From Lepidodermella squamata (Eukaryota; Animalia; Gastrotricha), in the NCBI GenBank assembly GCA_047495785.1, contig JBLDXI010000054.1, positions 4,092,001 to 4,156,000 on the forward strand: a stretch of DNA of 64,000 bases, given 5' to 3'. The notes beneath the pieces were generated by a model, which saw only the letters and a program-made list of their open reading frames with translations, was not told the origin of the DNA and did no database searches. Below, piece after piece: positions 51,071 to 61,646 of this stretch. Positions within the stretch are counted from its first letter, which is position 1, and each line of letters starts with the position of its first letter. A program made the translations under genes and the position numbers.

Positions 51071-52575
51071 ATGGACAAAATCAAACATTTTTTTGAGCAA
51101 AAGAAGGCGAAAGTCAAGTTTGCCATGATGGGGGAAGGTTCAAAACTAACGGCTGGTGCATCTTCCAGTAAAACTAATTCCACAAGCAATGCCGAATCTT
51201 CTTACAGCCATGGGAGAATGGAACAGACAAATGACGCTAGACGAGCGGGCGAAGCTGCACTCGCTCGCATGGCTTCAAAAAACAATCCAGGGGCTTCCAG
51301 TACTTACATGCGCCTCAAATCTCAAATCGAAGCAGAGATGAAGCGTGAAAATGCATCTGCCGCTGCTGCATCGTCTGTTCATGACAATGAGAAGAGAGAA
51401 GTGGTAAAAGATGGGCCTCGGATGTTGGAAGTTTCCGGAATATATTTCACCTGTCCTTTAATTGGACCTGAAACCGCTTCGTGGAACGAAATGAAGGACA
51501 AGATAGCCAAGTTTTTAGAAGAACAGTTATTCGCGCAAGAACCAGCAATGGCTGCAGCTTTGATGATTCATTCGCTTAACAAAGACCCTGAGAAGGTTCA
51601 AAAATGCATAGAAATAATCTCCAAGTATGTTGACAACATCATTTCGAACCCAGCTGAGGAGAAGTTCGCGCGAATCCGCATGCAAAACAAAACTCTACAG
51701 GAAAAAGTATTGTCAATGAGAGGGGGGAGCGAGTACCTTCAAGCCATCGGATTTGAGGCATGTCAATATTTTATCTTGAGATAATTAGTTTTTATTTAAT
51801 TCTCCATCTTTAGCAAATTCAAATTGATGGCGAAAATGGACCCGAGCCTTATCTCGTACTTCCAGAATCTTCTCGCGTACCCACGGCGTTGAAAGAAAAG
51901 CTTGACATTCTAGTTTTGGCTGAACCAATAGTTCCCATACTTGACCGTGGAATCCGAGTCTTTTTCCCATCGGCAAATGCAGGTCGCTTCCGCGATTTGC
52001 CTGAAGACTTTTTCTCGATCTCAAAGGAAGAACTTCGCAAGGAAATGCAAGCACGGGCAGAAGAAGTCGAAAAACTAGGTTGAAAAATCATTTGTTAAGC
52101 TGATAGAGTTAATCAGTTGTTTGGTCATTGTAGGTATGCTAAGAACCAAAGCCATGAAGGAAAGGAATGCTCAACGCGAGCTGAGACGCTACAGGTTTTC
52201 TTTGATCCGATTTAGGTTTCCAGATCAAACGACTCTTCAAGTAAGACTCTTCATCATGTTTCCTTAACGAGATATCTTGGGATTTTAAACTAGGGAACAT
52301 TTTGGTCCACAGAGCGTGCGAATGACTTGATCGAATTTGTGAAGGAACACGTTGAACCAGATTGGGCTCCATTCACGTTGTCTTGCCGAACTTCTCAAGG
52401 CAGTCAATTACTTCTTAGCGAAGATACGTCCGATTCACTTGCGGAGTTGGGATTATGCCCATCGACCCTGATAAATGTCGTTTTCGATGCAGATCTGATG
52501 GAACAGTGTCGCAAAGAGCAGATGCCGCCTCCTCGTCTCAAGTCATCAACATTGGAGCTCATTCAAGCTTTATAA
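51071..52575 (+). CDS. UBXN6: UBX domain-containing protein 6 (PUB and UBX domains), 4 exons
   Basis: IKHFFEQKKAKVKFAMMGEGSKL, AGEAALAR (VIM), KYVDNIISNPAEEKFARIR (PUB), MLRTKAMKER...LIRFRFPD (UBX). Confidence 0.93.
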
Positions 52576-52740
52576 ACGCGCTAATTTTATTTCATGAATT
52601 ATCCCAGAAAATTTTGTAATGTTAAAAATTTCTGACAATGTCTGTGTTACCGTCATTTCCTCATGAAGCTTTTTTCTTTCTTAGGTAATGTTATTTATTG
52701 ATTGAAAAAGGTGTAAGTTCTGTGTGTGACTAACTCTGCT

Positions 52741-54044
52741 ATGTCTCGCCAACACGACAACGAACCTGACAAAGAACCTTTGATTTTAGCAGACGCTGAT
52801 AAACCGGAGGAAGAAGATCACATCGGAAAAGTTAGTATACCTCCAATGACTGCAATGACGTCGAAACCAACCAATGAGTCGCTGACCAAGTCCATGGTCA
52901 GAATTGCACTTGTTGTAACGGCATACTGGATTATTTCTATTTCAATGGTTTTCCTGAACAAATATCTACTCAGCAGCGATGATTTAAAGGTTAGCATAAA
53001 CCCTCGAAAAAATCCGATTAGATTTTTATTTTTATCAGCTCGACGCTCCTGTTTTCATAACATGGTTTCAATGCGTCGTAACGGTTGGAATTTGCGTAGG
53101 AGCGTCTTACGCGAGCACCCGAATCAGTTTAGGAATCGACTTTCCCCCGGCTCCTATCGAACTGAAAACAATTATCAAAGTTTTGCCACTATCGATTGTT
53201 TTCATTTCGATGATTGCCTTCAATAATCTCTGCATCAAATACCTGTCCGTTCAATTTTACAACGTTGGCAGATCTCTTTCCACGGTTTTCAATGTGGTAC
53301 GTTTCGCCGAAATTAGCCTGAATATGTGTGATGTACGCGTGTAATTATTGCCTAACGATAGATCTGTAGCTATCTTTTGCTTGGACAAACCACTTCTTTG
53401 CCAGCTCTCGGTTGCTGTGGCATAATTATCGCTGGATTTCTGCTTGGCATTGACCAGGAGGGCAAGGGAAATTCAGGGCTGTCGATGGCCGGTATTGTGT
53501 TCGGCGTTCTGGCTAGTCTTTTTGTTGCGCTGAATGCCATTTACACTAAGCGCATTCTGCCCACCGTCGACAATAACGTGTGGCGACTTGCTTTGTACAA
53601 CAACTTGAACGCTTGCTTTCTTTTTGTCCCACTCTCACTTATCAATGGCGAGATCCACGAAATCATGAATTTCTCCCGCATTTTCGACTCCACCTTCTGG
53701 ATCTTGATGACCATTGCTGGTATCATTGGTTTCTTGATCGGCTACGTTACTGGTAAGGTTCTAAAATGTCTACTAAAATTTATTTTCAATTATTGTATTC
53801 AACAGCTTTGCAAATCAAGTACACTTCTCCGCTGACTCATAACGTCTCTGGTACTGCCAAAGCCGCGGCTCAAACTGTGATTGCCTGCTGGTGGTGGAAT
53901 GACCACAAAAGTTTTCTGTGGTGGTTTTCCAACATTCTGGTCCTTTTCGGCTCGGCCTGTTACACTTATGTCAAGCAGCGTGAAATGGCTCATCAGCAAG
54001 AGCGTAAACCCGTTGCATCAGAACCTGGTAAGCTGAATGCCTGA
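52741..54044 (+). CDS. SLC35C1: GDP-fucose transporter 1, 4 exons
   Basis: [36 protein letters not shown]...[33 protein letters not shown]. Confidence 0.95.
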
Positions 54045-54491
54045 TCTTTCATCTGGGGTACCTGTTGGTGTAGGAACAGAAGTGATGATTCCGTCGTTAG
54101 CTATTATTTATTGTCGCGTTGTGAACGGAAGTTGACTGTGTCGAGTGCTCTCATTTTTGAATGTGATGTGTGAAACCCTACATGCAAATATTTTTTTTTG
54201 ATGAAATTATTTGACGTCAAACACTTCTCTTAGCTGCTCATTATATTGTGTGAATGAAAAATTTACGTTGACTGCTGAGCAAATATTTAGCCTTATTTAC
54301 CGGCGTGACGCAATCTTGTTTATGCTTACTGAAAAGACTTACAAACTTTGGTTGATTGATACCATTCATTCTGTTATTCTGGCCAGGACTTCTCGGTTTT
54401 GTTTCTAACTGATTGGAATTCAATACAAACTGTTTCTGTAAATTTAACGCAACTTATTTTTGCTAGATTGTATTATTTAAACAGCTTTATC

Positions 54492-55315
54492 ATGGCCTCC
54501 GTTGTTAGCATAGCTACAGAAAACGAGCTTAACGAACTCGTATCAAAGAATGAGCGGTTAGTCAGTATTTTTTATTGCTTCTTTTTGGCTAATTTTTATT
54601 TTTTTTACCAGCAAGTTAGTTGCGCTCTATTTTGAAGCTGGATTTGCTGCCGAGTGCGCTTCAATGAACCCAATCTTAGAGCAATACGGTAAAGATGTCG
54701 ACTTTGCTAATGTGGTCATTGCTCGAGTAATTTTTATGAATAAGCCCTCGCCTGGTGATGCGCAATTGAAAATGTAATTTCTCGTAGATTGACGCTGAGA
54801 AGTACGAACCTCTTGCTGCCAAATACGGAGTGGAAATAGTCCCGTCGTTTGTATTCATCAAGAACGGCAAGACCATCGACAAGCTGTCAGGCTTCAACCC
54901 ACCCGAGCTGAACCGTTTGATGAAAAAGTGCTTGGACGTCAACATTCTTCCCTCAGTGCAAGCTGCGTCTGTTTCTGTGCCGTCAAACGGCGACTCAAGT
55001 GAAGGCGGTCTCGAAGCGCGGCTGAAGAAGTTGATCAACCAGAGCCAAATCATGTTGTTCATGAAGGGTTCACCGGATGCGCCGAAGTGCGGTTTCAGCC
55101 GGCAAATAATCGAAATTTTCCGCGACGCAAAGGCCTCGTTCGGTTACTTCGACATTCTGTCGGATGAGACAGTCAGACAAGGTCTGAAGGAGTACTCAAA
55201 GTGGCCTACCTATCCACAGGTTTACGTTAACGGTGAACTGGTTGGCGGCCTTGATATCATCAAGGAATTGAAAGCATCGGGTGAACTGTCTGCCACTTTG
55301 TCTGGGACTGCTTAA
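54492..55315 (+). CDS. GLRX3: Glutaredoxin-3/PICOT (thioredoxin-like domain plus one monothiol CGFS glutaredoxin domain), 3 exons
   Basis: MLFMKGSPDAPKCGFSRQI...VRQGLKEYSKWPTYPQVYVNGELVGGLDII; N-terminal Trx-like FEAGFAAECASMN. Confidence 0.95.
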
Positions 55316-55446
55316 TTAAGCTTACTGGACAGTTGCCAATTATGACTAGTAATTTTCGGTGGAACCTGTGATTTTGAAATATCGTTATGGGGAAGTTTAT
55401 CAGCTTGGCTGTTACTATGTTTCCTTTTTCTTTATAGTTTCTTAAA

Positions 55447-56687
55447 ATGGAATGGGTGAAGGATGATGTTGTTCTTTCTTTGTCATACTTTGTGATAGGT
55501 AAGATTCACATATTTTTCAGATGTGATTTTATTGAATATTCCTTTTTAGCTATCTGTATTATTTGTCCACCTGCTGAATTTGTCAGTGCTGGTTTAACTG
55601 TGCAAACTGTGTATAGCGGATGGCTTGGTAGTGAGCAGGTAGGTGATAATATTCTCAAAAAAATCATGATTTAACTACGATCTGCAACTAGCTCGACTTT
55701 GTTGGCTATCATATCCGTCGAACTGTTGCTACAATCGTCGTGCACGCTGCTCTCCCCATCGGATATTTTTTAGCTCTGGCGTTGTTCACCTCAACCAATA
55801 TAAATGGCCTATTTGAAATGCTTTTCTTTACGAGTCGCGGCGGAATCGCTTGGCCGGGTCTCGCCGCTATCGTTGCATCCATCTTCATTTTTTCTGCAGC
55901 TATGCTATTAGCTCGATCCTGGCTCAACGGTAATCACCCGATCATCCGGCAACTGCAGCAGTACAACCCTAACGATTGGCAGCGCATCGCCGCCGAAATA
56001 TCGACGGAAATGCTGCGGATAGACAAATTCGAAACAGGGCCTCCGTCGCGGCGTCTCATTGTCACTGATTCTTGGGTGTTACTCACCACGACCTATAACG
56101 TGAATTTCGCTCGAAAAGTTGATATACGCCTCCGCTTAAAAGGCGCTCTTGATATTGCTATGCACCCGGATTTGGGTCAACACGGCGTTCAGTTTTTGGA
56201 CATTGACGTGTTGGATGTCGCTCACTTTGCCACTGAAAAAGTATTATTTTCAGTCAGACTTAGCTCGCTTGAGTTTAACGAATTGCAAACGCGAATCAAT
56301 TCACCGATTGAAAATGTCCGCAATGTTGTGATCCGCCAATCTCTGTCTGATCAATTTGTAGCCGCTTTCCTTGACCAAATCGATAGCAATCCACGCTATC
56401 ACCCACCTGCTGATCTTATCGAATCGGAAATGTGCATTGGCTGTATGCAGAAGCCTGCTAATGTGAAGTTGCAGCGATTGTGCGAGGATGTGCCTGAGGA
56501 GCGAGGCGAACTGCCGCCATGTCAGCAATGCTTTTGCCGCCCGATGTGGTGCGCCGAGTGCCTTGGACGCTGGTTTGCCGCGCGGCAGTCGCAAGAGGAT
56601 CCTGCAACTTGGATGACTCATAAGTGCCCTTGCCCAACCTGCCGGGCTACCTTTTGTGTATTAGATATTTGCAAGTTGGAGCTTTGA
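55447..56687 (+). CDS. TMEM129: E3 ubiquitin ligase TMEM129, 3 exons
   Basis: PPAEFVSAGLTVQ, FVGYHIRRT, RIDKF, VTDSW, C4C4 RING CIGC...CFCRPMWCAECLGRWFAARQ...CPTCRATFCVLD. Confidence 0.95.
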
Positions 56688-56824
56688 GATGTTTTTTTTT
56701 CGTTGGCATCTGAGGCATGCTTATTATAGATTTTTGATATTTTATTGCTAGAAAACACGAGCAATTCTCAACCGAAAGTTGTTTCTTATTTTAGGTTGCC
56801 TTAGTAAAACCTATTTTAATAAGG

Positions 56825-58204
56825 ATGTTGTCACAAAACGTAATCCGCCAGGCCTTCGCGCTCGGTAACCGCTTGGTGCTGGTTCAAGGCCGAACCTTGG
56901 CCGCCGCAGCATCTACTTCGCAACAGCCAAACCAAACAGCCGCTAAGCTAAATGAAAATCGCAAGGTCACCGTTATCCCAGGAGACGGTGTTTGGCCTGG
57001 TATGTGAAGCGCTTTTATGATATTTAGGATCGTCCTTAATTACTCACTCCATGTTGTAGAGCTCTTGCATGTGGTTCGTGACGTCTATAAGAAGATGGCT
57101 GTTCCCGTGACCTTTGAGCTGTTGAACTTGTCTGAAATCAATCCCTACGCGTCTGACGGCTTCGACGCTGTCGTTGATTCGGTGCGCCGAAATGGTGTCT
57201 GCATCAAGGGCATCATCGCCTACCCATCGTCGCATCCAAAGGGCGAATTGCACACCTACAACATGCGCTTGCGTCGCGCCCTTGACTTGTATGCCAACGT
57301 TGTACACATCAACAGCATGCCAGGTAAAACCGAGTGAATAACGTACTTCTTGAATCTTGAAATGCCGATTTTATTAAGGACTCAAAACGCGCCATGACGA
57401 CTTGAATTTTGTTATTATTCGCGAACAAACTGAGGGCGAATACTCATGCTTAGAGCACGAAGGTTGGCTATTTTTTGTCAGAGCCATTCCTCCTTAAAAT
57501 TGTATTATATTTCAGTCGTGCGGGGTGTTGTTGAAAGCTTAAAGATCGTCACTCGTCAGAGGTCGATGCGTATTGCTAAGTTCGCGTTCGACTACGCTGC
57601 CCGCAACAACCGCAAAAAGGTGACCGCCGTGCACAAGGCGAATATCATGAAGCTGGGCGATGGCTTGTTCCTCGAGTGTTGCGGCGCCGTCGCCAAGCTC
57701 TACCCTCAAATCAAATTCGAAGCGATGATCATCGATAACTGCTGCATGCAGCTGGTTCAGAATCCGCATCAATTCGACGTGATGGTCATGCCCAATCTCT
57801 ACGGCAACATCGTCGATAATCTCGCTGCCGGTAATTTCCCAAATGGATCCGCATTCTGGTTCAAAATGATTTTTTATTTAGGTCTTGTTGGCGGCGCTGG
57901 TATCGTCCCCGGTGAGAGCTATAGCTCGGATGTTGTTGTCTTCGAGCCAGGTGCGAGACACGCCTTCTCTGCCGGCGTTGGCCGCAATATTGCAAACCCC
58001 ACAGCGGCTCTGCTGATGGGCACAAATTTACTGCGGCACTTGCATTTGCCGAAATATGCCGACCGCATTCGAAACGCGGTGTTTGCCGTTATCAAAGACG
58101 GAAAAGTTCGCACGCCCGATCTCGGTGGCTACGACTCGACCACCGATTTCGTAACTGCTGTTCTTCACCATATTGAAATGAACTCTCCTCAGCAACAACA
58201 GTAA
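56825..58204 (+). CDS. IDH3B: Mitochondrial NAD-dependent isocitrate dehydrogenase subunit beta, 5 exons
   Basis: Mitochondrial presequence-like N-terminus; [73 protein letters not shown]. Confidence 0.95.
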
Positions 58205-58806
58205 ACTTCTAAACATCGACTGCACGCGGAATGTCAACGTCTCGTTAAAATCTTAAGTCTTATTTTTGTGTGTGCGACTGCCTAGAATCGTTTTCGAAGT
58301 ATACCGCTTGTCCCTGGCTCTCAACCGTGCCATGCTTTTATATCTTGTCTGCGGCTGACTTTTTATCACTGGGATTACCCATCAATCCTTGACTTCTACT
58401 AGCCTGGTGATCATATTTGAGTGCCGATCATGCATCACGATGTTTGTAACCCTGAAAACTCTTCGAGTCAGAAAGAATAAATAGAACGACCGCGGGTTTA
58501 TTTGAACATTGCAGCTTTGTTGATACATATAATAATTTCATTCATTCTTGTAAACGAGTTAATGCAGATGTCATCAATCAGAAATAATTCATTCGCAACT
58601 ATCTATCAGCTGGGCACAATACGCGTGGAGCACTTGGTCACACGGACTTTACTAATCACTACTTCGGCTTGAGCTAGATACATTTAGTCAGTAGCGCCAA
58701 AGAAACAACGAGTAAACAATATTCGAGTGAACCGCAATAATTGCAATAAATATTACAAAACTCTTTCCGACATTCGCAAGATTTTATTTTCAAGGACCGG
58801 ATTCGC

Positions 58807-59583
58807 TCATTCAAACTTTTTACTGAGACGTCTTTTGAACAAAATTGGTACTAACGCAAGAACAGCAGATCCGACTAAGAAAAGAATGGATTTTAGCGAA
58901 AACGCGTCGCGTTCAGATGTCAATTCGTATAGAGTACCACCCGCATTTATTGCAACGCAGGACGGCGGTGCCACGCCAATGAATGTTCCCAGGAAAAATG
59001 GTAGCAATGGCACTTCTACTAAAGGAGAAGCCAAATTGATGAACCAGTTTGGAATGAAAGGAGTAATTCGGAGGAATAAAATATAGTAAAGCAGTTGATC
59101 GTTGTGCTTCTGCACTTGAAGCGACCAATTTCTTAACCGATCAGCGATATATTTGTTCGCAATTGGGCGACCTACGAGAAAAGATAGAAAGTAGCAGAAA
59201 GAAGCACCCGTCGCAGAACAAGTGCAAATAAGAGCCAGTGCGAGGGGAAAAGGGAACAGAAAGCCACAAATAATTGATAAAAAGATGGAACCAGGAATAG
59301 CAAATGTTTGCAGAAATATGTATGTCACTATGACACCAAACAACACATTGTAATAATGGTCGGTTTTGTAGTTAGAAAGAACCTTCCCCAGATTTTTGGC
59401 ATCTTGGATGTTGGTCGGAAGCTTGAAATACCCCTTCTCCGATTCCTTCAACTCCGGAAAGCTGCGATACACCATGAAAAGCGATAGCAAGGATAGTCCG
59501 AAGATAGTCGCTAATGCTAATACGGCTTTGCGGGAGCCAGCCTGCGATGTTGTTGGAGCTGATTGTGAGGTTGATGCCATCAT
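58807..59583 (-). CDS. TMEM41B: Transmembrane protein 41B (VTT/DedA family scramblase), single coding exon
   Basis: YIFLQTFAIPGSIFLSI, FLRITPFIPNWFIN, GTFIGVAPPS, C-terminal di-lysine KKFE. Confidence 0.96.
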   Translation of the reverse strand: MMASTSQSAPTTSQAGSRKAVLALATIFGLSLLSLFMVYRSFPELKESEKGYFKLPTNIQDAKNLGKVLSNYKTDHYYNVLFGVIVTYIFLQTFAIPGSIFLSIICGFLFPFPLALALICTCSATGASFCYFLSFLVGRPIANKYIADRLRNWSLQVQKHNDQLLYYILFLRITPFIPNWFINLASPLVEVPLLPFFLGTFIGVAPPSCVAINAGGTLYELTSERDAFSLKSILFLVGSAVLALVPILFKRRLSKKFE

Positions 59584-61646
59584 GAAGTAATATTTTTTAA
59601 CTTTCTATGATGTAACAAATAAAATCATCAATAACAAAAACCGTGGTAAGTTGAAAATAATGCGAAGATTGATCCTCGCTAGCTGCTACAGAAATAACAA
59701 TAAGGAAAAAATGTTCATTGCCATTTAGAGGAAAAGTAAATCGTCATATTGCTCGAAATGAATTTGTAACTTGTGACCGATCAGCTTTTATTCCTGTTAA
59801 CTGATGGATCAACTTGATTTCTACCAACCCAAAAAAAGAGGTGAAATTGGCACCGGAACCCACTCACAAGTGTCATGCGACTCTAATTATGTGCATCATC
59901 AGATCAATTATGTAGAATTATATAGATAATTAGGAACTATGATTAAAAACACAGAATATCTCGAAAGGAATCGTCGTCTTACTGAGTTACATGTAGTATG
60001 AGTATTACACACGCTCGACCTGGCTTGCTGGATCGCGATTCCTTTCCTTTGCCGCACTGTTGCTGGGTGAGGGCTGGGGTAATAGGCTATACGAAAAAAC
60101 CTTCAACCTTTGCCTTCAAACGTTGTCGGTGATTCTAGTGACATTAACTCGGCACACACAAAGACAAATAAGTATTATGAATAATTTGTTTAAGCTGTCG
60201 ATTACAAGCGAGGAAATTGTAAAATTGTTCGCGACTTGAAGAATAGGTACCAAATAAAAAATACGCGAGAAGAGTACTTAAGCGAATAGTTCAGCAATCA
60301 CTATCAAGCCATAACCGATAGCAGATAGCAGAAGAGATTGAACAATAATCAATAGCAAATCTCGACAACTCGAATACAATCAGCAATCAAAGCCTCTTCG
60401 CAAAATTCAATACTTCAGTCATGCTCTTCCTGTCAAGTCCTGGCATGCCCCAGTCCAGTTGGCTAGAGATAATTCTAACCTGGAATGGGCAAAAAATCTC
60501 GGTAAAGCACGAGCCACCTTACCGAAACTTATCGGCCAAGAACTCGGGAATTTCAACGAGCTGTTTCGCGTCCGCTGTGATCACACCTACAGCTGTATCC
60601 CGAAAATTGAAACCCAACCCGGGGTTGGGGGTTGGGGTTTGCCCGAAGCAATTTTATGTTACAACGAACAATGACCAATGACATGAGACCTGACCAGAAC
60701 GAGAGAAGTAGCTGCCGAACAATAGAACTTGAGAAAAATGCGGACGGTGTGACCTCCTAGGGCTTAGAGCACTGCAGCATTTTCTAAACGTGTGACGTAT
60801 AACTTATTACTAGCAAGAAACCTTAGTTCTAAAGCGGGGCGATGCTGTGAATTGAGAGCGACACTATGGGCAGGTCCCGGGTTACCGGGGACTGCTGTTA
60901 GTCGGCAGACCCCCTCCCCGTTTTTCTCTGTTTGTCCTTGACGCCCGCGGCAAATGCCGTTCGTTTCATTTACATTCTTCAAAATTTGTTAAACGTTAGT
61001 TGAGTAATATAAAAATTGAATAAAAATTTAAAGTGACCTTGACAATTTTATTTTCGATTTTTTGGCGCGTGACTTCGGGTTTCCCGTCAGGCGATACCGA
61101 CCTGTCGAATTAATGCGTGAAAATTTGTCAGGATTCAGTTGACGATTCAGGATTAGTGAATATCGAAAAACTAGCATGGTATTGCATTCAGAAATGGAAC
61201 AGTTACATTAATAAGTTGATACTATTTTGCTTTGCGGAGCAACCCAGCTGCGTACAAATATCTGCCTAATTTCGGAAGTGCGCCAAAATATCGGTATCGG
61301 TGTAGTGCGCGCACTTGCGCGATAATTAGCAGACCATCAGACGCACACGCAGAATGGTCGTAATGATCGTGTGGCAAATGGAAGTGCGTAAGTAAGAAGT
61401 GTGTAGGATTGATTGATGGACAATTTTAGTCAGACGTTATTCTTCGCTGCCAATGACCGCAACATTGGGTGATCAGAATTATTCCGCAACCATAAGCCTG
61501 ACACCTCGCTGGAAAAATCAGTCAGATGTTGCCTTCCAATTGGAGAGTTCAAATATTAGCAGAAAATCGATTAACATTGGTACATTGATTGAAACATTGG
61601 TTGTTGATGGTTTATAGTCATGTTTAAGAAAAACACATTTGCTTTA

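Noticed and set aside
7465-57881. Stop-free introns of length 3n (7465-7518, 16389-16448, 30704-30757, 46796-46846, 57831-57881) that ORFs read through
   Set aside because: They have canonical GT-AG ends and interrupt conserved protein sequence; about five among several dozen ~50-nt introns is roughly what chance would give.
59640-59662. Minus-strand TTATTTTCAACTTACCA loosely resembling a recalled rotifer spliced leader, upstream of intronless TMEM41B
   Set aside because: Short AT-rich match that is also simply the complement of a donor-like GGTAAGT; not distinguishable from chance.
59900-61600. Short ORFs and weak hairpins left of the TIR element
   Set aside because: May be repeat-derived, but I can support no domain, LTR pair or splice-consistent gene model.
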